Shown: piece after piece, positions 1 to 13,246 of the stretch | Layout: the number at the start of each line of letters is the position of its first letter | Numbering within the stretch: the first letter of the stretch is position 1 | Assembly: GCA_964016885.1 (NCBI GenBank) | Contig: OZ024755.1 | Span: 42,780,001 to 42,844,000, forward strand | Direction: 5' to 3' | DNA from: Eledone cirrhosa | Taxonomy: Eukaryota | DNA: 64,000 nucleotides | Made by a program: the position numbers and the translations under genes | The notes under the pieces: generated by a model | What the model was told of the DNA's origin: nothing | Database searches by the model: none | Seen by the model: only the letters and a program-made list of their open reading frames with translations

Positions 1-3000
1 ACAACAGACTCCAAATAATACCTACCAAGTCTACAACAGACTCCAAATAGTACCTACCAAGTCTACAACAGACGCCAAATAGTACCTACCAAATCTACAA
101 CAGACTCCAAATAATACCTACCAAGTCTACAACAGACTCCAAATAATACCTAAGTCTACAACAGACTCCAAATAGTACCTACCAAGTCTACAACAGACTC
201 CAAATAATACCTACCAAGTCTACAACAGACTCCAAATAGTACCTACCAAGTCTACAACAGACTCCAAATAATACCTACCAAGTCTACAACAGACTCCAAA
301 TAGTACCAACCAAGCCTACAACAGACTCCAAATAGTACCTAAGTCTACAACAGACTCCAAATAGTACCTACCAAGTCTACAACAGACTCCAAATAGTACC
401 TACCAAATCTACAACAGACTCCAAATAATAACTACCAAGTCTACAACAGACTCCAAATAGTACCTACCAAGTCTACAACAGACTCCAAATAGTACCTACC
501 AAATCTACAACAGACTCCAAATAATAACTACCAAGTCTACAACAGACTCCAAATAGTACCAACCAAGTCTACAACAGACTCCAAATAGTACCTATCAAGT
601 CTACAACAGACTCCAAATAGTACCTAAGTCTACAACAGACTCCAAATAGTACCTACCAAGTCTACAACAGACTCCAAATAGTACCTACCAAATCTACAAC
701 AGACTCCAAATAATAACTACCAAGTCTACAACAGACTCCAAATAATACCTACCAAGTCTACAACAGACTCCAAATAATACCTAAGTCTACAACAGACTCC
801 AAATAGTACCTACCAAGTCTACAACAGACTCCAAATAGTACCTACCAAGTCTACAATAGACTCCAAATAGTACCTACCAAGCCTACAACAGACTCCAAAT
901 AATACCTACCAAGTCTACAACAGACTCCAAATAGTACCTACCAAGTCTACAACAGACTCCAAAGAGTACCTACCAAGTCTACAACAGACTCCAAATGATA
1001 CCTACCAAGTCTACAACAGACTCCAAATGATACCTACCAAGTCTACAACAGACTCCAAATAGTACCTACCAAGTCTACAACAGACTCCAAAGAGTACCTA
1101 CCAAGTCTACAACAGACTCCAAATGATACCTACCAAGTCTACAACAGACTCCAAATAGTACCTACCAAGTCTACAACAGATTCCAAATAGTACCTACCAA
1201 GCCTACACCAGACTCCAAATAGTACCTACCAAGTATACAACAGTTCCAAATGATACCTACCAAGTCTACAACAGACTCCAAATAGTACCTACCAAGTCTA
1301 CAACAGACTCCAAATAGTACCTACCAAGTCTACAACAGACTCCAAATAATACCTACCAAGTCTACAACAGACTCCATATAGTACCTACCAAGTCTACAAC
1401 AGACTCCAAATAGTACCTACCAAGTCTACAACAGACTCCAAATAGTACCTACCAAGTCTACAACAGAGTCCAAATAATACCTACCAAGTCTACAACAGAC
1501 TCCAAATAGTACCTACCAAGTCTACAACAGAGTCCAAATAATACCTACCAAGTCTACAACAGACTCCAAATAATACCTACCAAGTCTACAACAGAGTCCA
1601 AATAATACCTACCAAGTCTACAACAGACTCCAAATAGTACCTACCAAGTCTACAACAGACTCCAAATAGTACCTACCAAGTCTACAACAGAGTCCAAATA
1701 ATACCTACCAAGTCTACAACAGACTCCAAATAATACCTACCAAGTCTACAACAGACTCCATATAGTACCTACCAAGTCTACAACAGACTCCAAATAGTAC
1801 CTACCAAGCCTACACCAGACTCCAAATAGTACCTACCAAGTATACAACAGTTCCAAATGATACCTACCAAGCCTACACCAGACTCCAAATAGTACCTACC
1901 AAGTATACAACAGTTCCAAATGATACCTACCAAGTCTACAACAGACTCCAAATAGTACCTACCAAGCCTACACCAGACTCCAAATAGTACCTACCAAGTA
2001 TACAACAGTTCCAAATAATACCTACCAAGCCTACAACAGACTCCAAATAGTACCTACCAAGTCTACAACAGACTCCAAATAGTACCTACCAAGTCTACAA
2101 CAGACTCCAAATAGTACCTACCAAGCCTACAACAGACTCCAAATAGTACCTACCAAGTCTACAACAGACTCCAAATAATACCTAAGTCTACAACAGACTC
2201 CAAATAGTACCTACCAAGTCTACAACAGACTCCAAATAGTACCTACCAAGTCTACAACAGACTCCAAAGAGTACCTACCAAGTCTACAACAGACTCCAAA
2301 TGATACCTACCAAGTCTACAACAGACGCCAAATAGTACCTACCAAGTCTACAACAGACGCCAAATAGTACCTACCAAGTCTACAACAGACGCCAAATAGT
2401 ACCTACCAAGCCTACAACAGACGCCAAATAGTACCTACCAAGCCTACAACAGACTCCAAATAATACCTACCAAGCCTACAACAGACTCCAAATAATACCT
2501 AAGTCTACAACAGACTCCAAATAGTACCTACCAAGTCTACAACAGACTCCAAATAGTACCTACCAAGTCTACAACAGACTCCAAATAGTATCTACCAAGC
2601 CTACAACAGACTCCAAATAGTACCTACCAAGTCTACAACAGACTCAAAATAGTACCTACCAAGCCTACAACAGACTCCAAATAGTACCTAAGTCTACAAC
2701 AGACTCAAAATAGTACCTACCAAGCCTACAACAGACTCCAAATAATACCTACCAAGTCTACAACAGACTCCAAATAGTACCTACCAAGTCTACAACAGAC
2801 TCCAAATAGTATCTACCAAGCCTACAACAGACTCCAAATAATACCTACCAAGTCTACAACAGACTCCAAATAGTACCTACCAAGTCTACAACAGACTCCA
2901 AAGAGTACCTACCAAGTCTACAACAGACTCCAAATGATACCTACCAAGTCTACAACAGACTCCAAATGATACCTACCAAGTCTACAACAGACTCCAAATA

Positions 3001-5045
3001 GTACCTACCAAGTCTACAACAGACTCCAAAGAGTACCTACCAAGTCTACAACAGACTCCAAATGATACCTACCAAGTCTACAACAGACTCCAAATAGTAC
3101 CTACCAAGTCTACAACAGATTCCAAATAGTACCTACCAAGCCTACACCAGACTCCAAATAGTACCTACCAAGTATACAACAGTTCCAAATGATACCTACC
3201 AAGTCTACAACAGACTCCAAATAGTACCTACCAAGTCTACAACAGACTCCAAATAGTACCTACCAAGTCTACAACAGACTCCAAATAGTACCTACCAAGT
3301 CTACAACAGAGTCCAAATAATACCTACCAAGTCTACAACAGACTCCAAATAGTACCTACCAAGTCTACAACAGAGTCCAAATAATACCTACCAAGTCTAC
3401 AACAGACTCCAAATAATACCTACCAAGTCTACAACAGAGTCCAAATAATACCTACCAAGTCTACAACAGACTCCAAATAGTACCTACCAAGTCTACAACA
3501 GACTCCAAATAGTACCTACCAAGTCTACAACAGAGTCCAAATAATACCTACCAAGTCTACAACAGACTCCAAATAATACCTACCAAGTCTACAACAGACT
3601 CCATATAGTACCTACCAAGTCTACAACAGACTCCAAATAGTACCTACCAAGCCTACACCAGACTCCAAATAGTACCTACCAAGTATACAACAGTTCCAAA
3701 TGATACCTACCAAGCCTACACCAGACTCCAAATAGTACCTACCAAGTATACAACAGTTCCAAATGATACCTGCCAAGTCTACAACAGACTCCAAATAGTA
3801 CCTACCAAGCCTACACCAGACTCCAAATAGTACCTACCAAGTATACAACAGTTCCAAATAATACCTACCAAGCCTACAACAGACTCCAAATAGTACCTAC
3901 CAAGTCTACAACAGACTCCAAATAGTACCTACCAAGTCTACAACAGACTCCAAATAGTACCTACCAAGCCTACAACAGACTCCAAATAGTACCTACCAAG
4001 TCTACAACAGACTCCAAATAGTACCTACCAAGTCTACAACAGACTCCAAATAGTACCTACCAAGTCTACAACAGACTCCAAAGAGTACCTACCAAGTCTA
4101 CAACAGACTCCAAATGATACCTACCAAGTCTACAACAGACGCCAAATAGTACCTACCAAGTCTACAACAGACGCCAAATAGTACCTACCAAGTCTACAAC
4201 AGACGCCAAATAGTACCTACCAAGCCTACAACAGACGCCAAATAGTACCTACCAAGCCTACAACAGACTCCAAATAATACCTACCAAGCCTACAACAGAC
4301 TCCAAATAATACCTAAGTCTACAACAGACTCCAAATAGTACCTACCAAGTCTACAACAGACTCCAAATAGTACCTACCAAGTCTACAACAGACTCCAAAT
4401 AGTATCTACCAAGCCTACAACAGACTCCAAATAGTACCTACCAAGTCTACAACAGACTCAAAATAGTACCTACCAAGCCTAAAACAGACTCCAAATAGTA
4501 CCTAAGTCTACAACAGACTCAAAATAGTACCTACCAAGCCTACAACAGACTCCAAATAATACCTACCAAGTCTACAACAGACTCCAAATAGTACCTACCA
4601 AGCCTACAACAGACTCAAAATAGTACCTACCAAATCTACAACAGACACCAAATAATACCTACCAAGTCTACAACAGACTCCAAATAGTACCTACCAAGTC
4701 TACAACAGACTCCAAATAGTACGTACCAAATCTACAACAGATTCCAAATAATACCTAAGTCTACAACAGACTCCAAATAGTACCTACCAAATCTACAACA
4801 GACTCCAAATAGTACCAACCAAGTCTACAACAGACTCCAAATAATACCTACCAAGTCTACAACAGACTCCAAATAATACCTACCAAGTCTACAACAGATT
4901 CCAAATAGTACCTACCAAGTCTACAACAGACTCCAAATAGTACCTACCAAGTCTACAACAGACTCCAAATAGTACCTACCAAGTCTACAACAGACTCCAA
5001 ATAATACCTACCAAGTCTACAACAGACTCCAAATAGTACCTACTT
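1..5045. repeat. 32-bp tandem minisatellite (ACAACAGACTCCAAATAGTACCTACCAAGTCT), about 155 units, runs off the window start
   Basis: Direct periodicity, with point variants and 4-bp-deleted units. No unique spacers. Confidence 0.97.
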
Positions 5046-5311
5046 AGTCTGTTTGTTGTGACACCTACACAAACATATTACAGAGTGGACTGGATGCTTT
5101 TTGTTGTGGCACCAAAAACAACCACTTAACATTGTGGGCTGGAGTGGGGGAGGTAGATCAGGGTGGGGCACTTATCTGGTGAAGGGTGGTGTTAATTTTA
5201 TCTAAGAACATTTGCTAAATTTTGTTCCAAACACCAGATAATAATTTGAAAGTTATTTTACTAAATCTCTCAAAATTCTTGATTATTTTCAAATTTATTT
5301 GAAAACCGCAG

Positions 5312-5683
5312 GCATTAGAAATATGGTAATGAAAGGGTTAATGACATAGACAGTGTCTTTCATTAGAGATATGGTAATGAAAGGGTTACATAGACAGTGT
5401 TTTTCATTAGAGATATGGTAATGAAAGGGTTAAAAACATAGACAGTGTCTTTCATTAGAAATATGGTAATGAAAGGGTTAATGACATAGACAGTGTCTTT
5501 CATTAGAAATATGGTAATGAAAGGGTTGAAGACATAGAGTGTCTCTCATTAGAAATATGGTAATGAAAGGGTTAAAGACATAGGCAGTGTCTTTCAATTA
5601 GAAATATGGTAATGAAAGAGTTAAAGACATAGACAGTGTCTTTCATTAGAGATATGGTAATGAAAGGGTTAATGACATAGACA
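5312..5683. repeat. 48-bp minisatellite (CATTAGAAATATGGTAATGAAAGGGTTAATGACATAGACAGTGTCTTT), interrupted by an RTE LINE and resuming at about 7125-7165
   Basis: About 8 units visible. Same unit as the array at 43177-45102. Confidence 0.92.
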
Positions 5684-7126
5684 AGCCATGTATAGGGGAG
5701 CGGTCAGCAAAGTTAGGATTAGCAATGAGTATAGCGAGGAATTTAGCGTACAGGTTGGGGTCCACCAGGGCTCTGTTCTTAGCCCTCTCCTGTTCATCAT
5801 AGTCCTGCAGGCAATAACGGAGGAGTTTAAAACCGGATGCCCATGGGAACTCCTGTATGCTGATGACCTCACACTCATAGCTGAATCTATGGTAGAACTA
5901 GAGAATAAATTCCAAACCTGGAAGCAGGGACTAGAAAGAAAGGGTCTCAAAGTCAACATGACAAAGACTCAGGTCCTTGTAAGTAGACGAGAAAACAGAA
6001 CCCAGATCCCCTCAGGGAAATGGCCTTGCTCAGTATGTAGGAAAGGTGTAGGTAGGAACTCCATTCTCTGCCCCAAATGCAAACAATGGGTACACAAGAG
6101 ATGTAGCGGGATCTCAGGAAGCTTAATTAAGAATGTAGGCTTCACATGCAGCAGCTGTGCTGAGACAGCAAGCAGCAAACAGCCACAGGAAACAAGTACC
6201 ACCAATCTCTGGGAGGGCCCTGTAGAAACAGTAGACAGCTTCTGCTACCTAGGTGACCGAATTAGCAACGGAGGTGGGTGTTCAGAAAGTACAATAACTA
6301 GGGTAAGAACGGGATGGAAGAAGTTTAGGGAACTACTACCACTGCTAGCTGCAAAAGGCTTCTCCCTCAGAATGAAAGGCAGACTGTATGATGTGTGTAT
6401 CCGAACAGCGATGTTGCATGGTAGTGAGACCTGGGCGCTGAAGGTGGAAGACTTACGTAGATTAGAGAGAAACGAAGCCTGCATGCTCCGATGGATGTGT
6501 AACAGTAATATACGTGAATGACAAAGCATAAATGAATTGAGAGAGAGACTGAGCATAAGAGGAATCAAATGCTGTGTGCAGGAGAGGCGGTTGCGCTGGT
6601 ATGGACATGTGATGCGTATGAAGGATGACAGCTGCATAAAAAGGTGCAGAGCACTAGAAGTTGATGGAAACCGCGGAGTGGGGAGACCCAAGATGACCTG
6701 GGATGAGGTGATAAAAGCTGACCTTACCCAATTACACCTCTCAAAGGTGATGACACACGACCGTGACTTCTGGCGTCACACAGTAATACAGAGTACCCGA
6801 CCTCCCATGGGTACAAGCTGAAGCATATAGACAATATGCCCCCACACCCCCTACTGCAAGGTGGTCGTGGAGGTGCCACGGCAAAAAAGCACCCAGCCCA
6901 CACTGTAAAGTGGACGTGTAGGCGCCACGAAAAAGCACCCAGCACTCACTGTAAATGAGGTTGGTGTTAGGAAGGGCATCCAGCTGTAGAAATCTAGCCA
7001 GAACCAGTTCCCGTATGAGCAAGGCATGGTCAGCCGACCAGACACTGCCCACAACAGGACAACCCGTCTAACCCATGCTAGCGTGGAAGAACGGACGTAA
7101 AACGGTGATGATGATGATGATGATGA
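5681..7126 (+). mobile_element. 5'-truncated RTE-clade LINE: RT C-terminal half, internal Cys-rich insert, 3' UTR, (GAT)n tail
   Basis: ORF 5688-6521 has GVHQGSVLSPLLF and LLYADDL; a premature TGA is followed by RRLRWYGHVMR...GRPKMTW; tail TGATGATGA. Confidence 0.93.
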
Positions 7127-7211
7127 CAGTGTCTTTCATTAGAAATATGGTAATGAAAGGGTTGAAGTGTGAATGATAAGCCATCCTGTTGTGACCCAAG
7201 TGTATGAAACA

Positions 7212-7692
7212 CTATCTCTCATCAGCTAATGTTCTCACCCTGAATCCCTTATTTCTGGGTTTATGTCTTCTTGCAGCATCTCTTTGTCTTATATCCTCGA
7301 TTCTTTCATTTCTTTGCTCCCAACTCTCATTAGCATATTTCATATCCATTCTTTGTTTCATGTCTTCTAGTCTTCTTTCTCTTTGTTCTTTAGTCTCATT
7401 TTGCACTCTAGTTGCTGCTCTCTGCCTTGCTTCTGCTCTCATTCGTTCTCTTTCTTCATTAACCACTGTCTCTAATCTTCTTGCGTGTCGCTTTCTGTCG
7501 CGTTCTTTTCTTACCTTAGCCTCCTCAAGTGTCTCTTGAGATCGTCTAAGTTGACGTCTTTCGGCATCTTGAGCCCGTCTTTCTGCAGTTCTTATTTTCA
7601 GTTTGAATTGCTCTGTAGTGCCTCATGTAGTCTGCTCTCACTGCTCGTCGTCTATCCATTTCTCTGGAATCATTGTTTTCTATTTGTTCCAT
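7212..7692 (-). pseudogene. Frameshifted ORF remnant with 23-aa ETxEQRxxRL-type (STPR-like) repeats, probably the N-terminus of a Helitron Rep/helicase
   Basis: Manual translation QETLEEAKVRKERDRKRHARRLE/TVVNEERERMRAEARQRAATRVQ/NETKEQRERRLEDMKQRMDMKYA/NESWEQRNERIEDIRQRDAARRH. A T-tract-CAG acceptor lies just before the ATG. Confidence 0.6.
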
Positions 7693-8514
7693 GACTGAAA
7701 AAAAAAAGTTAATGTAATTCATTCTTATTTTAAATCTAGCTTTTTTATCATTTAAAAACTTGTAGCAAGCTACTTTCCGTGAGCGCATTGATACATTTCC
7801 CTACGCTGGTAGCGATTGGCTGAATACAGCCAAACAACGCACGGAAAAGGTATCAATGCGCCCACGGAAAGTAGCTTCCTACAAAAATTTAATAAAAACT
7901 TCTTTAATGTTATTAAATCCTGTTTTTCACCCAATAATTCATTGTTTATCAGATCATGTACCATCAAAAATCACTCTCCAATATCATTCATGGTAAGGAG
8001 CTTTTTATAAAACATAGTTCCATCTGGGGAGGATAATGTAGAGACATTTTAGGGTAAGAGTGCAGTTAGAAATGGGAAAAGGGTAAATCTTGGAAGGAGG
8101 AACTACATCTGCAGATTTTAATGGCATAATCTCTCCTGAATTTGAAATTTATCCCTTTTGTTACCATAATTAAAGACATGACCTATGATTGTCAAATACC
8201 ATTTTGAAAATAATCAAGTATTTGGAGAGATTTATTAATATAACTTCATTATTAACCCTTTAGCATTTACATTACTCTATATTCAATATTGTATTTTCAT
8301 AGTAAAGGCTTTATCTTACATAATATCACATAATATCGAGACTACGAGATTTTGATGTTATTTATTTTAAAAACAATATCTTAACATTGGTATGAGTGGC
8401 CAGTTATAGCTGGTTTGAACAGAAAGAGGTGAGAGAATTCTGGCTGGATATGGCTGGTTTAAAATAATATTTCCTAATGTACACAAGTTGAGAATCAACT
8501 TTCACTCTCATTTA

Positions 8515-9260
8515 AGGCTCAGTCCACCTCATGGTCCCAGTGGACAGAATAGAGAAGATATAGCCCCAGAGAACAGCAATGGATAAGCACTGGAACAGAC
8601 ACTCTAGCTCACAGGTAGCCATCTCCACCCTTATAACAGTGAGTAGGGATGTGGTCCAGGAGCAAAAAATGGTTGAAGTCTCCACTGCCACGGGCTGGAC
8701 CACAAACCTATCGGAGAGCAACTGATACTTTGACAGTTTGCTCTTTTCAGCCTGGGCTGATAGCTGAACGCACAAGGTTGCCACAGGAGATGGTGTTGTA
8801 ACATATAGCATAGCAGATTAGGGGCCTACCAATATAGAATGGGAAGATTGTAATGCCATCTGACTTTTTACCATCCTCTCGGTCTAGTCTCGCTGGCTCG
8901 AGTTGGGTAGGGAAGCCTATGGCATCCAAGCCATGTTTTATGATTTCGTTGAGAGGAACATGGTGTGGGAGGCAATCAGCACTGTAACGGCTTGACAGTG
9001 GGAGGGAGGCTGAAATAGTCCAGGTCTGCAGTGGCATTTGTAAGGCACACAGACCCAGGGGCTGAGCCTCAAAGCAAAACCAAAGCACAAGCTGTCACTG
9101 TCCAGCTGAGTGTCAGTTGAAAGTGATGGTATAGTGTTGAGCCAGGCACCACTGTGGGGCTGGAGGCTGAGGGAAAACATGCCAGAAAATGCTGGTCAAG
9201 CCATCACACTAGCCTATCTGAGGTCATTTTGTACTGGATGGCATTTACAGAAGGGAGAGG
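8515..9260 (-). mobile_element. Degraded C-terminus of a non-LTR retrotransposon with a restriction-like endonuclease (CRE-like)
   Basis: Fragments GAWLNTIPS, HHVPLNEIIK, LEPARLDREDGKKSDGITIFPF and KLSKY...VQPVAVET in three frames. Confidence 0.7.
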
Positions 9261-9499
9261 GAAGTGGATCTCCACAGGGCAGAGGCCAGGCTGGTTCTAT
9301 GTTGTGTAGGCTGCCTTGCATTCCCCAATCACAGTAGATCCTTTTGTAGATCCTACAGTGCAAGTAGGTCCTTCAGCATGCGCCCAGAGGGGCACGGGGA
9401 CCCTCGGACATGTGCTACTTGTATTTACGTGGCTCGAAGAGACACCAACTCATTGTACGAATATTTTATGTTATAGATTTTATCGTTCAATGTTCAAAT

Positions 9500-9899
9500 T
9501 GAATATTGGGCACTACAACGCTATTAGCTGTCAGTCCAGTGGAAAACAGGCGAAGGTGACGTCACTCGTCAACATCGTTTATTTCCGTATTACTACCACG
9601 CGTAAGTGCAGTTTTCACGCGGTTTTTTGAGAGAGAGGGGGAAGACTTAAAAGGGCTAAATTAGAAAACAAATAGAAAACAAGTCATGGTTATAAAGTAT
9701 ATCGATGTAAGTGGAGTTACTTAAATGAAAATATAGGTGGCCCTTAAAAGGGCCAAATTAGAAAACAAATTTAAGTTAATTAGAAAACAAGTCATGGTTA
9801 TCAATGTAGAAAACAAGTCATTCATAAATTTAAATTTTATAATCAAATTTTTTTCACCAACAAATATGACAGCTAATAGCGTTGTAGTGCCCGCAATTC
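9500..9899. mobile_element. MITE-like element with inverted termini (GGGCACTACAACGCTATTAGCTGTCA ... TGACAGCTAATAGCGTTGTAGTGCCC)
   Basis: About 26-bp perfect inverted repeat. A related copy lies in opposite orientation at about 14905-15125. Confidence 0.7.
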
Positions 9900-9927
9900 T
9901 GTATCTTTACGTATATTGCGCATAGAT

Positions 9928-10165
9928 ACGAGGGTTGACAAAGATACTCTCATGGAATGTGACCAAATGAGGTTTATTTTTCAACATAGTCTCCCTTGCG
10001 TTCCACACACTTCTTCCATCGGTGTTGCAGTACTGAGATCAATGTTTTCCTCGGTAGTGGCAGTTGTAGGACGTCCAGACATTGGGTCATCTTCAAGAAT
10101 CCCCTATCCTTTCCTAAATTCGGCTGCCCACTTTTGCACAAAGGAAAATTGTGGTACAATATTGT
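9928..10165 (-). mobile_element. Internally deleted mariner transposase remnant
   Basis: Minus strand reads VQKWAAEF...LEDDPMSGRPTTATTEENID fused to LQHRWKKCVERKGDYVEK. TACGAGGG-type terminus at 9928. Confidence 0.75.
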
Positions 10166-10969
10166 AAGGTCTGCTTATAGCATTATCCATCTTTCAAAAA
10201 TGAAGACCCATATTTCGTCGACTTCAATACATTTTATTACATTTTATTGTATTGTAAACATTAACTTTTATGGAAATTTTATTACAAAATTTCAATTTAG
10301 TTCGATTTTTTTGAATTTATTTAACAAACATGGAAAAATAATAAAAATAATAAAAAAAATAATAATTTGATTGCCTTTAATAAAGAAGATAAATAGAGTG
10401 GAACTGATTTCCAGGTCATACTAATGAAACAAGGTTTTTTCCATTACTGATATTATCTGTCTGCCGCAAGTCCTGGTAGAAGATGCTACACGAACTAAAG
10501 TATTTTACTGAAGGACGCAACATGCTGCAGGATTGAAGAAACAAGCCCATGAATTTATAATGGTTAGTCCAGTACCGTAACCCCTAAGGCATGTGCCTTC
10601 ACAGAGGAAAGGTAAATCATATTATAACAGATTAGATGGGTACTATGTTAGATATTTGTCTCTACTTTAGGCACAAGGCCAGCAATTACCCAGTGCATTA
10701 CTGGTACTATGTTAGATATTACTATGAGGAAGTGTGCTGTATAATAAACATTGATATCAGGTTGATTCAATAACAACCCGGTCCCAAATATGAACCCATG
10801 AACTTATGGTTGTCAGTCAAACACTTTAACCATTGTATGTATGTATGTATACACGTATTGATAGATGGATGGATGTATGTGTGTATACATGTATGTATGG
10901 ATGGATGTATGTATGGATGTATGTATGCATGTATGTATACATGTATATATGTAAGTATGTATGCGTGTA

Positions 10970-11380
10970 TGAGAACAACTGGAAGGACTTCAGGAGCTTG
11001 GTCTATGAGGCTTCAGCAGAGGTCCTTGGCTTTGTTACAAGAAAACAAGGACTGGTTTGATGAGAATGACCAGGAGGTCAAGGCTCTGCTAGACAGAAAA
11101 CAAAAGGCACTTGATGCAGTTCTTAAAGGTGGTAGCTCTGTTGGTGACAATTATGAGCGTCACAGACAGGTAAAGAAGGAAGTGCAGGTGAAATTCAGGG
11201 CTATGCAAAATACCTGGTGGAGCAACAAAGCAGATGAAGTTCAAGTGGCATCTGACGGCAACAATGTGAAACTGCCGCACTTTCTACTCACAGAGGTGTA
11301 TGGCCCTTTCAGCTCTCCAGTGGCCCCTTTGAGATCGAAAGATGGCAAGCAATTACTGCGCGACCCAAAAGACACTCGAC
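10970..11380 (+). mobile_element. Internal fragment of another RTE-type LINE (EN-RT linker)
   Basis: DWFDENDQEVKALLDRKQKA...WWSNKADEVQ...VYGP, following a (TGTA)/(TGGA) microsatellite at 10834-10970. Confidence 0.7.
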
Positions 11381-11982
11381 AGATAGAGAGTGAAAAGACA
11401 GATGTGAAAAGAAGTAGAAGAGTGGATGAATTATGGATTTAGAGGAATTAGTTAGTGTTTAAGTTTGTTTTTATGTAATGTAATATGTATGTGTAATATA
11501 TGTAAATAGTTTGTTTACAAATGAGCGCAGAAAGCAAAGAAGGAGATACCGTAACATCAAAATATGTATGTTTATGAAGTATTTCCTAATGGTAATAATA
11601 TAATGTAATAAAGGAGATTAGTTAGGGTTTAAGTTTGTTTTTATGTATTGTGATGTGTAATATGTAAAAGTTAGACGAGCATGAAAGGGAGAAAAAATAA
11701 TGAATTGGGGATGAATAATCTAACGTAAAAAAAAATGTTTATGTTTACGAAGGATTTTTAAAGGTGATACTATAAAGTATTTAAAAGGGTAATAGTTAGT
11801 TTTATGGCCAGTGATATGATGGAAGAAGGAAGAGTGGATATATTGTGGTGAGTACGTTAGGCACAAGAGAATTGAGAAGTATCTAGGAAGAAAAGGTACA
11901 GATTAGAGGTTAGAAATTAAAGGAAAAAAGGAAGAAAGGGAAGTGATAAATAGGAATGATATATAAATATATATACATACAT

Positions 11983-12900
11983 ACAAGAGGACTGAGAGTA
12001 AATCTAGCTAAGACAAAAGTGTTGATGAGTAGAAAAGAGGACAAAACCCTGATTCCGTCAGGGAAATGGCCATGTTCGATATGCAGAAAAGGAACTGGCA
12101 TAAATTCTATAAAATGCACACAATGCAGGTCCTGGGTACACAAGAGATGTAGCGGGATAGCAGGCAAACTAACAGGTAGGGAGAAATATGTATGCAGTAG
12201 ATGTACAGGGAAATTAGACAGTAGAAGTCGCACTGATAGACACATTTTTCAAATGCGAGAGGGCGCTATAGAAGTGGTGGATAGCTTCCGGTACCTAGGA
12301 GCTCAGATTAGCATGGGAGGAGGGTGTTCCGAGGCCATAGTATCTAGAATAAGGACGGGTTGGAAGAAGTTTAGGGAGCTGCTTCCTCTGTTGACGAAGA
12401 AGGGTTTCTCCCTGCGTACGAAAGGCCGGTTGTATGATGCCTGTGTGAGGAGCGCGATGCTGCATGGTAGTGAGACATGGGCAGCAACCGCAGAGGATAT
12501 GCGACGGCTGGAGAGAAATGAGGCAAGCATGCTCCGTTGGATGTGCAGTGTAAATGTGCGTGAACGACCCAGCATAAATGTGTTGAGAGAGAAACTGTGT
12601 CTGAGAGGGATAGAATGTAGTGTACGGGAGAGGAGACTGAGGTGGTATGGACATGTGATGCACATGGAGGATGACCGATGGGTGAAGAAGTGCCAGGAAA
12701 TGCCAGTTGAAGGAAGATGTGGTAGAGGTAGACCACGAAAAACATGGGCGGAGGTGGTGAGAACAGACCTCAGATCATTGAAGCTCACGGTGGAGATGAC
12801 GAGGGACCGTGACGAGTGGAGAGATGCTGTCCTGAATAAGACCCGTCCCACCCTTGCAAGCAGGGAAAAGCGGACGTAAAATGATGATGATGATGATGAT
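11983..12900 (+). mobile_element. 5'-truncated RTE LINE (second family, very short 3' UTR) with (GAT)n tail
   Basis: GLRVNLAKTKVL...FRYLG...MLHGSETW...RLRWYGHV...GRPRKTW. Stop at 12879 followed directly by the tail. Confidence 0.92.
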
Positions 12901-13058
12901 ACACACATATATATATGTATGTATGAAACTTAATTATTCGTGTAATGCGACTCCTGTAACGTTTTTAATAATTATTTGATATTACTTACCGTTTTCTTAT
13001 CTTTTGAGTTATTGTTTCTTCGTTTCTCCTGCGTTTGTTGACATTGCGCTATTCTCTG

Positions 13059-13246
13059 GAGAAAAATGGCGCCAAACTTTTCCTTTTGAACGAATAATGT
13101 GATTTGTCACGTGATTGTGTTCACGTGATGTTACCTCTAAATACGTATATACGTATACACATATTTAGAGGTAATATCACGTGAAGACAATCACGTGACA
13201 AATCACATTATTCTTTCAAAAGGAAAAGTTTGGCGCCATTTTTCTC
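13059..13246. repeat. Near-perfect palindrome with 4 CACGTG E-boxes and 2 AAAATGGCG (YY1-like) motifs
   Basis: GAGAAAAATGGCGCCAAAC...TACCTCTAAATA, a TA-rich centre, then TATTTAGAGGTA...GTTTGGCGCCATTTTTCTC. Confidence 0.85.

Noticed and set aside
1-5045. CRISPR-like array of 32-bp repeats
   Set aside because: Units are head-to-tail with no unique spacers, there are no cas genes, and the context is eukaryotic.
5669-7054. Antisense ORFs recurring in several RTE copies
   Set aside because: They are shadows of the RT frame and UTR, and recur only because the copies are similar.
9511-9889. CACTA-superfamily assignment from CACTACAA...TTGTAGTG
   Set aside because: The inverted repeat extends beyond CACTA and no 2-3-bp TSD is evident, so the superfamily is left unassigned.
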